A program made the position numbers and the translations under genes. Below are positions 1-13,500 of a stretch of 64,000 bases of DNA, in pieces. Source of the DNA: Lingula anatina (Eukaryota; Animalia; Brachiopoda); the NCBI GenBank assembly GCA_051362555.1, contig CM120647.1:15662651-15726650 (forward strand), given 5' to 3'. Position 1 is the stretch's first letter. Every line of letters begins with the position of its first letter. The notes beneath the pieces are model-generated. The model was not told the DNA's origin and did not search any database. It saw only the letters and a program-made list of their open reading frames with translations.

Positions 1-2347
1 GCACATTAATTCTGGCCAAGTTAACTTTTTTTAAGTATTACGGGATTTCCAATTACCTATTTATTATTAAGTGAATGTGATTCAGATAGCCAGTGATATG
101 TTAGGTCATCCGAGATATTAGAATAGAAAAAATTCATAATTATGATAAAAATAATAGTTTCTCTATGATGAAGAGGGGGCATCGTTGCAATGGGCAGGTT
201 TAAGAGGCAATGTACATAAGTAAACAAAAATAAATCCCTATGGCTGACCTGACCCCATCCACCCACACCCACCTACGATGACACCCGACATTCCAAAGCT
301 CACCGAGCCAGTCTCGACGAGTCAGTCGCGCGATCATGGGCCTTGGATCCTGACTCAAATGATTAATGCCATTTAGTCTCTCTAGAGATTACATAGTTTT
401 TAACCACCTTTATGCAAGAGAAAGTCAATTGCCTGTTTTAATCAAATATATATGTATATTCAACGTTTGAAGGTAAGTAGAACGGTACGGTGGGTGTTGT
501 AATGTTACATATTACATGACCAATTAAATTTGTTTCATTTATTGTAGTTACTTGTATCCCGAAAAATTGGGATCTCATGCCTTTTAAGTGTACCCCCTCA
601 TCCCATAGTGACTTTTTGTTTCAATTCCGGTCCATAAATATACCATATAATGTCAATCCCACAACCTCTGGATTTTAGACAATCGCCAATTAATGCCAAA
701 AAGTTTAGTATCAAGACAGAAATAATGCCAATTAAAACGGCGGTCTGTGGCAAAAGAAAGATTAGTCACAGTCACTGGCATGGTAAAAAGCTGTGGTAAA
801 ACATACCTTGTGGTAGCTGGTGATGGTAGCACCTGTTAAAAGGGAGGGTGGTGCACTCATATAGCAAAGATAACTTCATGAAATTACCGTTAAAAAGCAC
901 GTACGTGAATTATCTATTTGCCCCTACGTTACCGGTTTAAATGGTGAAGATTGAAGCTTTTAGTAAAGAATTTAATGGATAAGTCAAAGAAATGAAAAAC
1001 ATTTTTTTAAATATATTTTATAGATAGATTAAATAAATAATGACATATATTGTTGAAAATCTCAGAAAGATTAGTATAATCGTGATATGGCTCAAAGGTA
1101 TTTAAAAATCAGTTGAAGTATCCAAAGATGTGTGTGTTTCTAGGAGAAACTAAGTCTTCAGGTGGATGTACCAGTGATACTTCAGACAGGATACAGACAT
1201 GAACATTTTACCTAAGCCGTTATAAAAAACTAAAATCGGGAAAATCCCTTTTAGTTGTGCCTATAATCAAAGTACACATTGTCAAGGAAACAGGTTTTAA
1301 AATATTTTTAAATGACACATTAAGGTCCTTGGCAATTGGTTGACTTGACTTTTGGTTGACTGAAGCAGTTAGATGTTATTTTTAGAAACTTTTCGCCATA
1401 TCAATTTTAGTGACAGATTTAATGTACAAGCACGTGTCCGAAAAGGTGTCTTTTAAAATACCTGTGGTAAAAGCGGTTATTGGTGAACTTTATGACCCAG
1501 CGACTGACCGCGGTAAGAAGTTATTGGCGAAAAAAATAGAGTCAAATGAAAACTAAGAATAAAGGTTGGATACATAGTCCAATTTCCGTGACAAATCAGA
1601 CGGGTTTAGAATTTATGACGTCTGTTTTTATGGGTTAATTGATGTCATTGTTTTCATGCACTGTAAAACAAAATTAGCTAGTTTGAATGCAGGTATGGAC
1701 TGACAAGTGTTGGTGACTTTGTTACACATGTCTTTGTCTCTAGGATTTTTATTTGTAATATTTTGGAATACTGATGGCACCTCTGTGTCGTATTGCCGAG
1801 TGTTACACAGATTCATGTAGGATTAATTTATGAGGTCTTGCTCTCTGTATAATAAAGCACTACCGAAAAGTATACCTTAGTGTACTAGAAGGCGCATTTT
1901 ACGTCCACCCAAAATTTGGGTCAGCCTATCGTTGAAATGTGCGGTAATACAGCTAGAATGTATGTATAATGTACGGTTTCATTCACACCATGCCATTTGT
2001 TTCAATGAGGAGTTTATTGGTTCACGCAAATTTGCACACAATGTGACAGGTAGTGATGAAAGAACGATACAACATAACCGAACTAAATCAAAACCCGTGC
2101 AGCGACACCCAGGTGGCTCCAAGCATTCTCCACCTTTCTCTGACCCCCTCCAACACCCCTACCCCACCAACGACCCCCCATGGAGCATTCTAGTCTGTAT
2201 AGTCCGTACTCCGTAGTTGCTAGAATCGTCTTTGAGAAACAAAATTTCAAGCTGGACTTTAGACGCTTTTTTTTTTCAATGCCTCCCCCCACCCCATTGT
2301 GCATGGTAACTTGACAGATATACTGAAGCTATTTCAATGTAAATTAA

Positions 2348-3014
2348 AGCCCCCGTCACACTTATTTGGAATCAGCAGTAATCAAGCAGAATGAGCCGGA
2401 ACAAAAATTTGTCAAAATTCGCGCCACATTCAGGAGGAAATATAAATTTGACCTAAACGGTAAATTCATGTAAGACTACTGTTGGAATACTCAGAATGCG
2501 CTTCGAATCCGCCTGGAATGATTCGCGCACATTTTCGGTGAATAAGCGCTCAAATGCAGCTCGAATGTAGGTTGAACACATTCGGAATATCGATAATGTT
2601 GTCAAAGTGCAGTGAGGGTATTTAGAATATACTTCGAATGCCGCTCGAGTTCGGTTCGATGCATTCTGGCTCACTTGAGGCGCATGCAGAACATTCTGGC
2701 AGGATTTGAAGTGTCTTGCCATTTCGGTTCTCCCTCGAATGCGATCAGAATGTTTCGAATGCTGTTGGAATGCGGTAAGAATATTAAGAATGTACTCATA
2801 GTGCAGTTAGAATACCATTTGATATTTCTCCACTTGGAATGCACGTCAAACATTTTGAATATGAGCAAAACATTCGAACCGGACACAAGATTGGACCCAT
2901 GTATTTGGAATGCACTTAGATTTCTTTAGAAGCACTTCAAATATCCAGGAATATACATAGAATTTTCATTACGATGACATTCTAGCTCATTTCGCCTCCA
3001 GTGTGACTAGCGTA
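2348..3014. mobile_element. PIF/Harbinger-like non-autonomous element (MITE) with TAA target-site duplication
   Basis: Left end agcccccGTCACACT (2348-2362). Right end reverse-complements to tacgctaGTCACACT (3000-3014). TAA sits directly outside both ends (2345-2347, 3015-3017). Interior is rich in GAAT/ATTC/TTCGAA motifs and has no credible ORF. Confidence 0.75.
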
Positions 3015-5372
3015 TAAAGCAGTCAAAATCTATCGCTGGTGACTGTGGCCCCGTGGCAAATATATTTAATATCTGGACCCATGCAAGGAAAAACGGTGGG
3101 CATGATGACCCCTGGCGTTTTTGCCTTGATAAAGCCTCACCGGCGGGCAAGAGTTCCGGCCCATCAGTACTTATGGTTTCGCTCCTCGTTTTCCTGGACA
3201 GAGACGCCATTATCTGAGATCCCTGGTCTTCTTCAAATGCTCCAGACGGCTCGAATACTGCAAGATAAGATACAACAAATATCGTGAGCATAGCGCTGCA
3301 CAGTTAATATGACGGATTTGTGGTTGAGACAGCATGGGGATTAATAAGTAAATTTATACATTTAGGCAGAATACAAACAAAAGACGGGACATTTTGACGC
3401 TCCCATTTCCTAACAAAGATATGTGAATGTCTAAACTGTGAAGAATATGCCCCATCTTTCCGCGTTTGCTTTTCCGGTATGAGTAGTTTCATCCTTTTTA
3501 TGGAAGAACCGGGTATCGGGCCGAAACCATTTTTACATTCAGTCTTGTTAAGATGTAATCGAAAAAAAAAGATCTTGCAAGTCTGTTTTGGTAAGGCTAC
3601 TTTAAACATTCGACTGTTTTACACAGTCAAGCCTTACTCTACACTGCAAATTTGACCCATGACCGCTCCTGCCCCTCCCCCCAGCCCCCCCCACCCCTCA
3701 ACCAAACACTAAACACGCCCACCCCGCCAAGGATGTCGTCCTCCCTCCCAAAGATCAGCCAGTCATGTATAATGTTTATGAATACTGTTAAAAGAGATTA
3801 GTTAAGTGTGAATATCAGTGAACAGTAATATCGCCACTCGTACCTTCACGTTTTCGTCTTTTCTGAAAACCAAATATCGACGGCGCCCCGAGGCCTGTGA
3901 AAATGCACGTGTTGGCGGTACATGACCAGATCGGCACTTGCTGCTGATATTCCACTGTCAGCTGACAAAGAAGCACCACCAAAGGCTTAAATCAGAGCAT
4001 AAGCAAATGAGTTGAAACATTTGGCGGTAGCAAAACATATAGGACGCATTCAGAGCCAGTTGATCCGTGGACTTACTAGACTGCGGGTCAAAAATGGCGC
4101 GCACCTGACATTGGATTTCCGCCTCCCACGCGCGCCGTCCCTGCGGGGCAGAACAATCAAATCTTGGCACGCTTTCAAGTGGGTGACGCCATATTTGACC
4201 CGAGGATCAGTAAGTCCGCGGATCAACTGGTTGTGAATGGTCTCATAGCCAAAATGTGGAAGAAAAATTTGTATGGGTTGATACTACATTACCGAATACT
4301 AAAGTGAGGAGATACCATTTATATGTCAGTATTTATCTCTTTGCCCTCCGATTTTAATTCGAAAAATACTTTGGCTAGTGAGAGATTTTTCAATTGACCT
4401 AAAAAAAAAATTATAGTCAAATATTCCCACCCAGTAGCTTACAAAGATCAACATCAAGTTCTGCATTTACAAAGATGTGACTTCCACACACACACACACA
4501 CACACACTTAAAACTAGGACACTGCAAGGTAAATCGTAAAGATCACGCGTGTGCATGTATTTGTGTGTGCGCGCATGCATGCGTGTGTGTGTCAGTAACT
4601 CAGCTCACGTACCGCCAGAAAGTCGGTGAGTGCACTCGGTAGCCCCATGTTGCTCAACCCAACGCAGTCAGATGTCTTGAAAGCGCAGTCTTGGTCAGTT
4701 TGGCAGGAGGATCCTTCAACTACAATGATATTCAAATTTGTAAAACTTCGTGAAACTTTGCAAATGTGACTGGAAAGGATGGAAGCTAATGCTGTAAGAT
4801 GTTTAGCAAGGGGTTTATATTTTGTCATAAATAAAGATGCATGTACATAAAAGAGATTATAGTATGTAGGCTTTACACAATTTATTGCTACTACCTCTCG
4901 CTGTGAACAGTCCAAAATGACTTCTACTTTAATCAATAACTGTGCTGAATTTCAATGCAACGATTTTCATTAACGAATTAACTAATCCATGGGCTCCGAC
5001 ATGACTCCAGATCCGAATCTTTCTTTCATTTTACGTGCACAGAGTAGCATAACAAACCAGCTTCTCATGTTTAGTTCGAAATCTTCATCGTCTTTATTAT
5101 GTACAAAATTCAGATTTTATTCACATTAATCTACAGGGAATATATGCGTGTCAGTGGTCACTACAACTGTACTTATTTACATGCTAATTGTGGTGCAAAT
5201 TTAACAGGCGATATGCATCTGCCTTAGGCATACCTATAGGCCTCTACAGAGAATGATAATTATTTATGCCGGACAAATGCAAATTAGATAATAACGTGTC
5301 GACTAACTATGATTACGCAATGTGGAATTGGTGCAGGAATTTACACCCTGTAAATCCTCAATAGTATGACTT

Positions 5373-5409
<37 letters not shown>

Positions 5410-6432
5410 ATAGTGTAAGGTTCTATGATTCTCAAAAATGATACTTGAACAGATAAATGACCCTACTTTATCGTACCGTAAATAACAAATACATGTACAG
5501 TAGCAAATCAAAATCCTGTGACTTTCAGCCCTTCCCTTAATCACAAAGGTACTAGACTAGTAGTATACCATATTCAAAACTTTTGAGGAAATTGTGATCT
5601 TCAGCCCAATTTGGGTTCTCCGTTTTTAACTGGTGTCTCATTCTCATAAATAACGGAGATATAGATTTGCGATACATCGATATAGACAGAATTTTAGGAT
5701 TCGAAACGGCGTAAACCACTTACTGTCCAGGCACGTTCCATTCACGGTAGGCACAGAGGTCAGGGGACAGAGACAGCCCTGGGAGGAACCGGTTGTGAAA
5801 GGGAACAGCAGAGGATTCTGAACACATCGTGTGTTATCTCCACAGGCCAGTGGCGGGTAGAGAGTGCTAATGGACAATTCTGTTGAACAAGGACCGAATA
5901 GGCTTGTACTGTTGTCGTTTGTATACGCTGGAAATACAATGGGGTGCTTATATACTTGTATATCTAATGAATTACATGACTACACGTGTACCATTCATCT
6001 GTACAATGTGAATTACAGTAGGTATTAATGACATTAGTTATGCCGATCTAAAACAATAACAAGATTGGGCAGAGATAAATGTAAGGGTGCCATCTGAAGT
6101 ACCCAGTAAGCAAGAATTTACTTTATTGTGATACGTTGCTTCTGCGTATTATAGTGACGTTGGGGGGAGGTGTTAAGGTCTCCTAGCGCTCTGTTCTAGA
6201 TAAAACATTTCTCTTTTGTCACAATAAAAAAACCTTGCCACATTTATACAGTCAAGATCAACAAACGTTAAATGTTTCCCGGTATGTCGTGACGACAGTA
6301 AACACGCGCTGAGCAAATAAAACCTAAAATTCTGATTGATTATTTGCTCGTTGCTCTCTTCTCCAAATCATCTGTTTTGAATGTAAAAGAAAAGGGCTTA
6401 CCCACTAGAGGTGGTTCTACGACAATCGGCAT
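3007..6432 (-). CDS. Gene A: Cys-rich (EGF/EB-like) precursor-like protein with two furin-type sites, ~236 aa, 5 coding exons found
   Basis: Exons 6432(ATG)-6402, 5927-5724, 4719-4613, 3961-3844, 3257-3007(TAG). All junctions are AG/GT with compatible phases (1,1,0,1). Translation: MPIVVEPPLVAYTNDNSTSLFGPCSTELSISTLYPPLACGDNTRCVQNP...GCLCPLTSVPTVNGTCLDIEGSSCQTDQDCAFKTSDC...WSCTANTCIFTGLGAPSIFGFQKRRKREVFEP...RQKRQGSSCPPFFLAWVQILNIFATGPQSPAIDFDCFIR*. True 5' end and signal peptide not identified. Confidence 0.75.
4048..4239. mobile_element. Short palindromic MITE-like insertion in an intron of gene A
   Basis: cattcagagccagttgatccgtggacttact...cgggtcaaaaatggcg (~4048-4100) is an imperfect inverted repeat of ~4187-4239 (reverse complement cattcacaaccagttgatccgcggacttact...cgggtcaaatatggcg). 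Confidence 0.6.
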
Positions 6433-8484
6433 CTTGCACTGTTGAATGCTGATCTGAAAAAAAAAACCAAATATTTTAAATTGCACAAACATAGAAACTC
6501 CAATAAAATTAACGTATACATGTACGTTCATGACGATGCTAATGTACTAAAAAATAAAAAAAAATTAACAGAACGTGTAATCCGTTCAATCATCAAAAGT
6601 CGAAACATATTGAATAAACCTCCAAAGACCTTTGCTGGGGAGTAAATGGATGAAGTACAGTCTTTTCTGTATCAGCGAGGTATACTTACATGAAAGTCGT
6701 CTTAGAACACTTCCTTATAGAGGAGACCACTTAATCAGCTCTCTTGATCGCTAAACTTAATGTTTCCTCTTATTTGATAAGATGCGACGTACGGGTATTG
6801 AATGATAGTTATTAACAAGGAATTTACATATGAACCCCTTATCGTTTTCAATAATGATCCTTAGCTATAGTAATGGTAGTCATAAACCGCGAGATGGCTG
6901 TCGGACAACTTTATGACCAGTAATCTTTTGTCTGCGGTATTTCAATCAAAGCTTTAAATCTACCATTTGTTAAGAGAAACGCTCTACGTTTTCTAAAAAA
7001 AAAATGTGTCATATATGAAAACCACTCCGAAAACCAAATACTTTTTCCATTCAAGACACATTAGGTAAGAATAAGGTCATGATTTCCCACTTTGTATGGT
7101 TGAAATCAATTTATCCATAAGCAGTCAATCAAGAGGAAATTTGGAACAGAGAATTTTGGACAATTAAAAATAAAGAAACGGCATTAGTACCCTCTACAAG
7201 ATCGTCAAGCTAAAACCTTTGACAATTCAAAAACCGTGGGCCGTAACAGAATGGTAGATGACATTTTACAATCCTAATACGGGAATTGCTCAGTCGATTT
7301 AGCACTTTTAGCTACACCCCCATCCCTAGCTTCTCATGAATATTACAAATTCAGTCAAGACTGATGCAGAGTGTAAAATTAAAATCTATCCCATTATAAT
7401 ACGACCGCCCAATGCAGTCAGACAACTGGCACAATCAGTAACAGCGCCACCTGTATTTTATTCTTGTCATCGGTCTGCCGCGAATGCACCAATCAAATGA
7501 CTTGACTATATATCTATGATTTGTAATTTATTTAAAAAAAAACAGATGCGTCACCATCGAAGGGGTCTGCGCTTTCTGCTTTCTTTTTAAGTGAAATATT
7601 TGTTCCGAAATTAATTCACGTCTTTTACGATAATTGCAATAAATAATAATAATAATAAATTATGATTATCAAGAGGAACGATCTCCGACATAAGTTGTTT
7701 CACCTAGTGATATCGCAGACTGCGGGGGGGGGGGGGGGGGGGGGGGGAGGGGGGGGAGGGGGGGGGCTTGAAGAGGAATGCCATGCACTGGTTAATCATC
7801 AGAGCGAACGACATAAAGTCCTTGTATATACATTTACCCGCCTTTGTTGGTAAGTCTGGATTGAATGAGTGCAAGTCACAAATTATTGACATTTTAATTT
7901 AGGAAAATGCACAGGAAATATGTAAGAAGTACGGACACAGAGGGTGCTCTTGCTCCGAGTCCAGAATTAACCTTGTTTGTATCACGTACATTTTTAGTTG
8001 AGTAAAACACTTTGTGGAATCGTTTCATTCTTTACCGTGTGCAGAGTTTCGACGTACAACTTGGGAAGCTCTGAAGCAGTTTCAAGGAATGCGTTGCCCA
8101 AAGAGAGAGCTTTAAGTGCCCGGCACCCTGCTGAATGAGTGCATACAGAAAGTATTTTTATCACACTTAAAAGTTATTTTGATTAATTGTCGCGTTAAGA
8201 ACATAAAAAAGAAGTAAAAAGGAACATGGCATTTTAATAAATTACTCATCACCTGATAGCAGACATGTTCGTTCTCATCCTATATCTTCCCGTCACTTGA
8301 GCTAGAATTCGTTAAAAACAACAACAACCGAGTCTGATAATGACATTAGAATTAAATTATTTGCGAATTATTCAATTCACCACATATTTATGTGCCTGTA
8401 CTTGTAAAACCAATGTGAATTAAATAAAAACCATTTAAATAATGAGATAAGACTAATGTTAAGTGTTAAGAGCGCGTTTGTGGC

Positions 8485-8485
<1 letters not shown>

Positions 8486-8519
<34 letters not shown>

Positions 8520-8871
8520 GCAACAAAAGAGAGAGAGAGAGAGAGTAAGAAAGAGAGATAAGAAAAACGTCTTTTTTTTTCTTTGAGACAATAAAGATGA
8601 GATATAATGATGTAATGAGATGTAATGTGTCATTGCATGTGAAGGAGGGTACTTCAAACATGTCCTTTACACAGGTAAAATACCTGCTTAGACGCAGCTG
8701 CATTTTATTACTTCATAATGTAGATTGACGGTAAAGAGAGACCACTCCGTTTGCATAAATCCTGCATAAAGCCGACATGTTACATAGAATCCTCAGCATT
8801 TTGCATTTAACTTGGTGTGTGGCTGCCTGCTGTGCATATTCACAGGTGACAGAGTCATATTGAAAGCAGAG
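8486..8871 (+). promoter_or_regulatory. Putative promoter and first exon of gene B
   Basis: (GA)n tract, then GCATTTTATTACT at ~8700 and donor AG|GTATGT at 8871/8872. The same motif order occurs upstream of genes C and D. Confidence 0.5.
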
Positions 8872-10004
8872 GTATGTAAAACAAAAAACCCATGGTGTTG
8901 TTTTGATGAATCATACTTTAGAATATCAACAATATTATCCTCAAATTTTTTTCTGATGTGATAAGTATTCGTATCAAAGAGGGCAGTTTAAGTTTAAAAC
9001 GGCGACTTTTCACTCGGTTTCGACAACGAATCTCCTGTTGCGATGCCTGACTTAAATTCAAAGAAACTTAAAGTTAATATACATGATGGTTTGCTCGAAG
9101 ATTTTTTCCCTTTTCGCTTCGATAATGCAGAAATGACGTTATGGATAATATACTAATTCCAGATGATGACGTAACAGCAGCGTTTTTGGGGGTGAAAACT
9201 GAAATACCGATCTACAATGTATCTCGAAACATGAACAGCTATCAGTACCCTTTTTTTATCAGTTTATCAGTAAGAGGGCGAATTTGTTGAATTTATCATC
9301 ATGATTAGATAGGGGCTAACATACCCTAATTGTTTGCTAAATTTAAAAAAAAACATAACTTTGATGACTCTGCTGACAAATTTACCAGTCACGGTAGTGA
9401 GAGGCCATCGTATTGAAATTCACAGTTGATCCGGCATTGGTGGGACAGGGGGTTTGCTGTGGATGGAGGGCGCGGTGAAAATATTTTTATACAAAATTAG
9501 AGCAATTATAAAACAATAGACTAGTTTTCACGACAATTTTAGGGTAAAAGACATGCTTTGTCTCGTTTAGCATATTATGCTGTCTTTTGGGGGACGGGGG
9601 TGGGTGAGAAGGGAAGTGGATACCCTCAAAGCTATATACCTGTATTTGTAAGAGCGCTCTACCAAACTGCCACTGATTTCGTTAATATACGAACATTAAG
9701 TATATTAATCTAGCATGGGTTGATTACAAGTGAAAACAAATCCTGGCAACACATTCCATTTAGAATGCCATTTACTAGTAACTGTAATAAGATGAAACCA
9801 CTTTCGTCAAATATGTTTTCTCGACTGGTAGCTCCAATGGTTGCATAACGCTCAAAACAGCTTCCATGATTAGAACATAACTGCACAATCAGAATCCAAA
9901 CTGTGCAGTTATACAAATATCTATTTGACAATATTGCTATAGTGGGCCCAGAAGGGGAGAGTGGAGCAAGCCCTGAGGGTGACTTAACCTCCCCTCCACC
10001 CGCC

Positions 10005-10045
<41 letters not shown>

Positions 10046-10565
10046 TTCGTATAACAGGCGAAACAAATCAAAATCTAGCGTATTTTTTAGTAAAATACTC
10101 ATCGGCCAATGTTTATTTTTCATCCTTCTGCCACACCCCCTCCCCCTCTCCCCCGCCCCCTCTCTAAAAATGGATCAGTCAGTGGAATGCCATTAATAAC
10201 TGCCAAGGGATATGTAAGTGCTATATAAATGGCCTGATAACATTAGAGACAACACTATGCAATGAAAGGACGGAAAAAAACTTTTTTCGTTGTCTCGGTT
10301 GCTAGATTCGTTTTAATCAACATGCATACCATCCCTGTCTCAACTGGCTGTACCAGTTCAGATCATTGGGAATCAATTTTTTTTACTGTGACTCCATGGC
10401 GCGTGTTACCCAGTACAGCTGTACTTGTCGCGAAGCAAAGTCATACAGAGTTGACGTTCATCCCACAATACGCACACATGAACAGCATACATCTAATAAT
10501 GTATTGGTGAGCTTCATTCACTGTTAATTTTTCTTTTTTTATTTTTTATTAAGCTGCCCAAACCC

Positions 10566-13500
10566 ATGATGACGTCATCACCGTTTCTTTTACTCCTCGT
10601 CTGTCATATCCTGAGTGGCTTCGAGGCTAGTACTGAGATCTCGCTCCCGCGAGAACGCATGTTCTTTGCCCAGTCGTTTGCACGCCCTGCAGAATTGGCA
10701 CCGGACTACTTCATGAGTCCCCTGCCCGCTGCGGCGTTTCGTAATCTTCGTCTAATAGAGCAGCTGAAAGGTGAGGCCAAATCTCGTATTCACATGCTGT
10801 AATAATGGGGATCATCTGGCGTAGCTTAAAACGAGTCTGGTGACATTGCATGACGTCATGTAAGTCTAGAAAACGTGCGACAATCCTCGAGAATGACGTC
10901 AACATTTTAGCGATAAGGGCAGTACTTTACTGTCACTGCAGTGTGTCGTACGTCTAGAAAATATTACAAAAATGACACACAAAACATACAGTGATTTCGC
11001 ATTGTTGTGCAATAGAATATACTTTGACAGAACTTGATAGAAAATCACCAGAAAAATTATTGTTTAGCTTTTGTTCGTTGTACGGTGGTTTTCACATGAT
11101 TGTGTCGTGAATGTGAGTTGCGGAGGTATTGCAATCAAGTCCACGTTATACACGTAACTTTTACTCTACATGTACATCACCACTACATCACTCTACATCA
11201 AGTGAAAGTGGCAGTGAAATCCTTTTTTATAACTGTAACAGGTAGTGAATATAACGTATGACTTTTTGACCTTTTTGTTTCAACCTTGCCTCCACTCTTC
11301 ACTTTAATAATTAATCTGCCAGTGAATATGTTATCATCTCCCCCTAGATTGTACAATGGACATGTGCCTTGCCGTCGACGCATCATACAGTCTGACCGAG
11401 AGAGAATCAAACGGGAAGACCGGGTGGGAAAACGAGATCATATTCTCGACGAATCTCGTTCGGCGTATCAGCAGTTTCGGGAAGGACGTCAATGTCCGAT
11501 ACGCCAACGTTGTGTTTGGCCAGAACGTCCGCACTTGGTTCGACTTCACCGAGAACCAGAATGTGGATCATATCATAGGGAAACTGGAGACGATGCCTTA
11601 TCTGAGCGGTCAAACTAACATACCGGATGCGATGATTGAATGCCAGAACCTTCTCCTCGGTTCCGGACGTAATGTCGACAAGGTGGCTTTGGTGTTAACA
11701 GACGGGGTATCAAGCAAAGGTTTAGGTAATGTGTTAAGTCTGTGTTAATTGAACGGTGACAGGGCATAGTTGTAACATTGGAAAATATCAGTATGTAATT
11801 CAGAGAAACTGACTATTATATAAATAAACATGCTGCTCCTTTAACCACCAACAATTCCTTTTGTCTATTTCTGGGGACGCTTTTTTTTTTCTTTTTGTTT
11901 CAAACAAGCTGAGATGGTATGAGAAGTACATGTATATGGATTTCTGTCATACTATGAAAGATATATACCGATAATACATATTTAAGTGCTAACGCTCGCA
12001 TACATCAGTTGTACATGTATTCTTAATTTCTAGGCGCTTTGACTGTGGCTGAGGCAGCCAATTCGTTGGAATCTCATGGAATTAACACGATTGCGGTTGG
12101 AGCCGGAAATATCAACGAAACCGAGCTCCTGGTCATCGCGCAGGGAGATCCGAGTGCGGTGTTCATAGCAGAAGATACCAGCAGTCTGAACAAACTGGTA
12201 GATGACATCGGCATATCATCCTGTGCCAGTGAGTGTGATGATAAACCCGCTTTGTAAAGTACCCTTAAGTGTCACGTCACCATTACTACACGTCGTATCA
12301 TTCTTCTTCTTCATAATCCTCTTCTTATTTTTTAAGTCCATCGATCGGCGCCCCACCGCTGTTTATTTGCACTATTGATTGCATGTAATGTTTTTTTTAC
12401 TCTATGCTTGAATTGCAATTATTTTTAATATTAGCAGAGTTGTTAAAACAAACTGATTTCATTTATCAGAAAAGAATGACACCACCACCACGACGTCCAC
12501 AACAACGACTACTACAACACCGCCCGGTAGGTTACCCATACAGCGTAGAATGCATTTATTGCGGCAAACATTGGTGCAATGTTTTATAAGATTTTATCAC
12601 AAAAATCAAATCATAAAATGTAAGATAATTAGAATATAGGTGTAGGAAAAATGCAACAAATTAGTCCAATATTATCAAGAAACCATCATACATGTAGATC
12701 TACCCATTATACACTGCGAAGCGAACGTTCCAGTGAGACGAATTCGATTAAGATTGAAATCCAAACACAATGTATGAACATACGTTTTAATGGACATTGA
12801 CATGTGTAATATATGTTCATATGTATGTCGTATTCCACATTACATGTTGTCAGGTCCGTGTCAGTGGTCGGATTGGAGTCCGTGTGACATTCCATGTGGA
12901 GGCGGCGTGCAAACCAGGACTTTGATAGATTGCTGTGACAAGTGCTTGGCCAGACTGGACGTCCGGTCATGTAATACTGACCCTTGTCCATGTACGTATA
13001 TCTGTATTTTTAGTCAACTGACCAAGTATATTCGAATAGAAAATTGGATCTTAGAGCGTGGATTTATCACCTAAAGTACTTTAATCCTTTGTTATCAATT
13101 GCAAATTCAATAATGAATTATCAGAACCCCTCGCATCTTACGTCATGTAGTGGTCCATCGTTGAATATCTTTACCAAAATTTCAATTTTACGCCGACTTT
13201 TGAATGCACAGTTTGGTAAAAGCTTCCATTCCGACACTCGTGACTCTGCCATGAACAGTCACGCTGATGTCACTACATTTGGCCAAGTGCTTGTTGAACA
13301 TGCATTTCTAGATAACGTGGATGGCCAGTGGGGCGATTGGTCAGCCTATGGGGCGTGCACGGATAGTTGTGGTGGGGGCTATCAAATCAGGTCAAGGACA
13401 TGCAGCAATCCGTCTCAGGCCGGGGCAGGGACGCCGTGTGTGGGACCAGCATCTGAGATCAATAAATGCAACACTCAGGACTGTCCAAGTAAGATTCATA

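Noticed and set aside
400-1640. Possible piggyBac-like element ending GGG-TTAA at ~1633-1639
   Set aside because: No matching left terminal inverted repeat could be found in the window.
2453-2929. Overlapping ORFs as a transposase
   Set aside because: They lie within a ~670-bp MITE, are short, and show no DDE or Myb-like motifs.
6690-6760. Candidate coding first exon for gene A (donor CAT|GTAAGT on - strand)
   Set aside because: There is an in-frame TAA five codons upstream of the donor and no ATG after it, so at most it is a non-coding exon.
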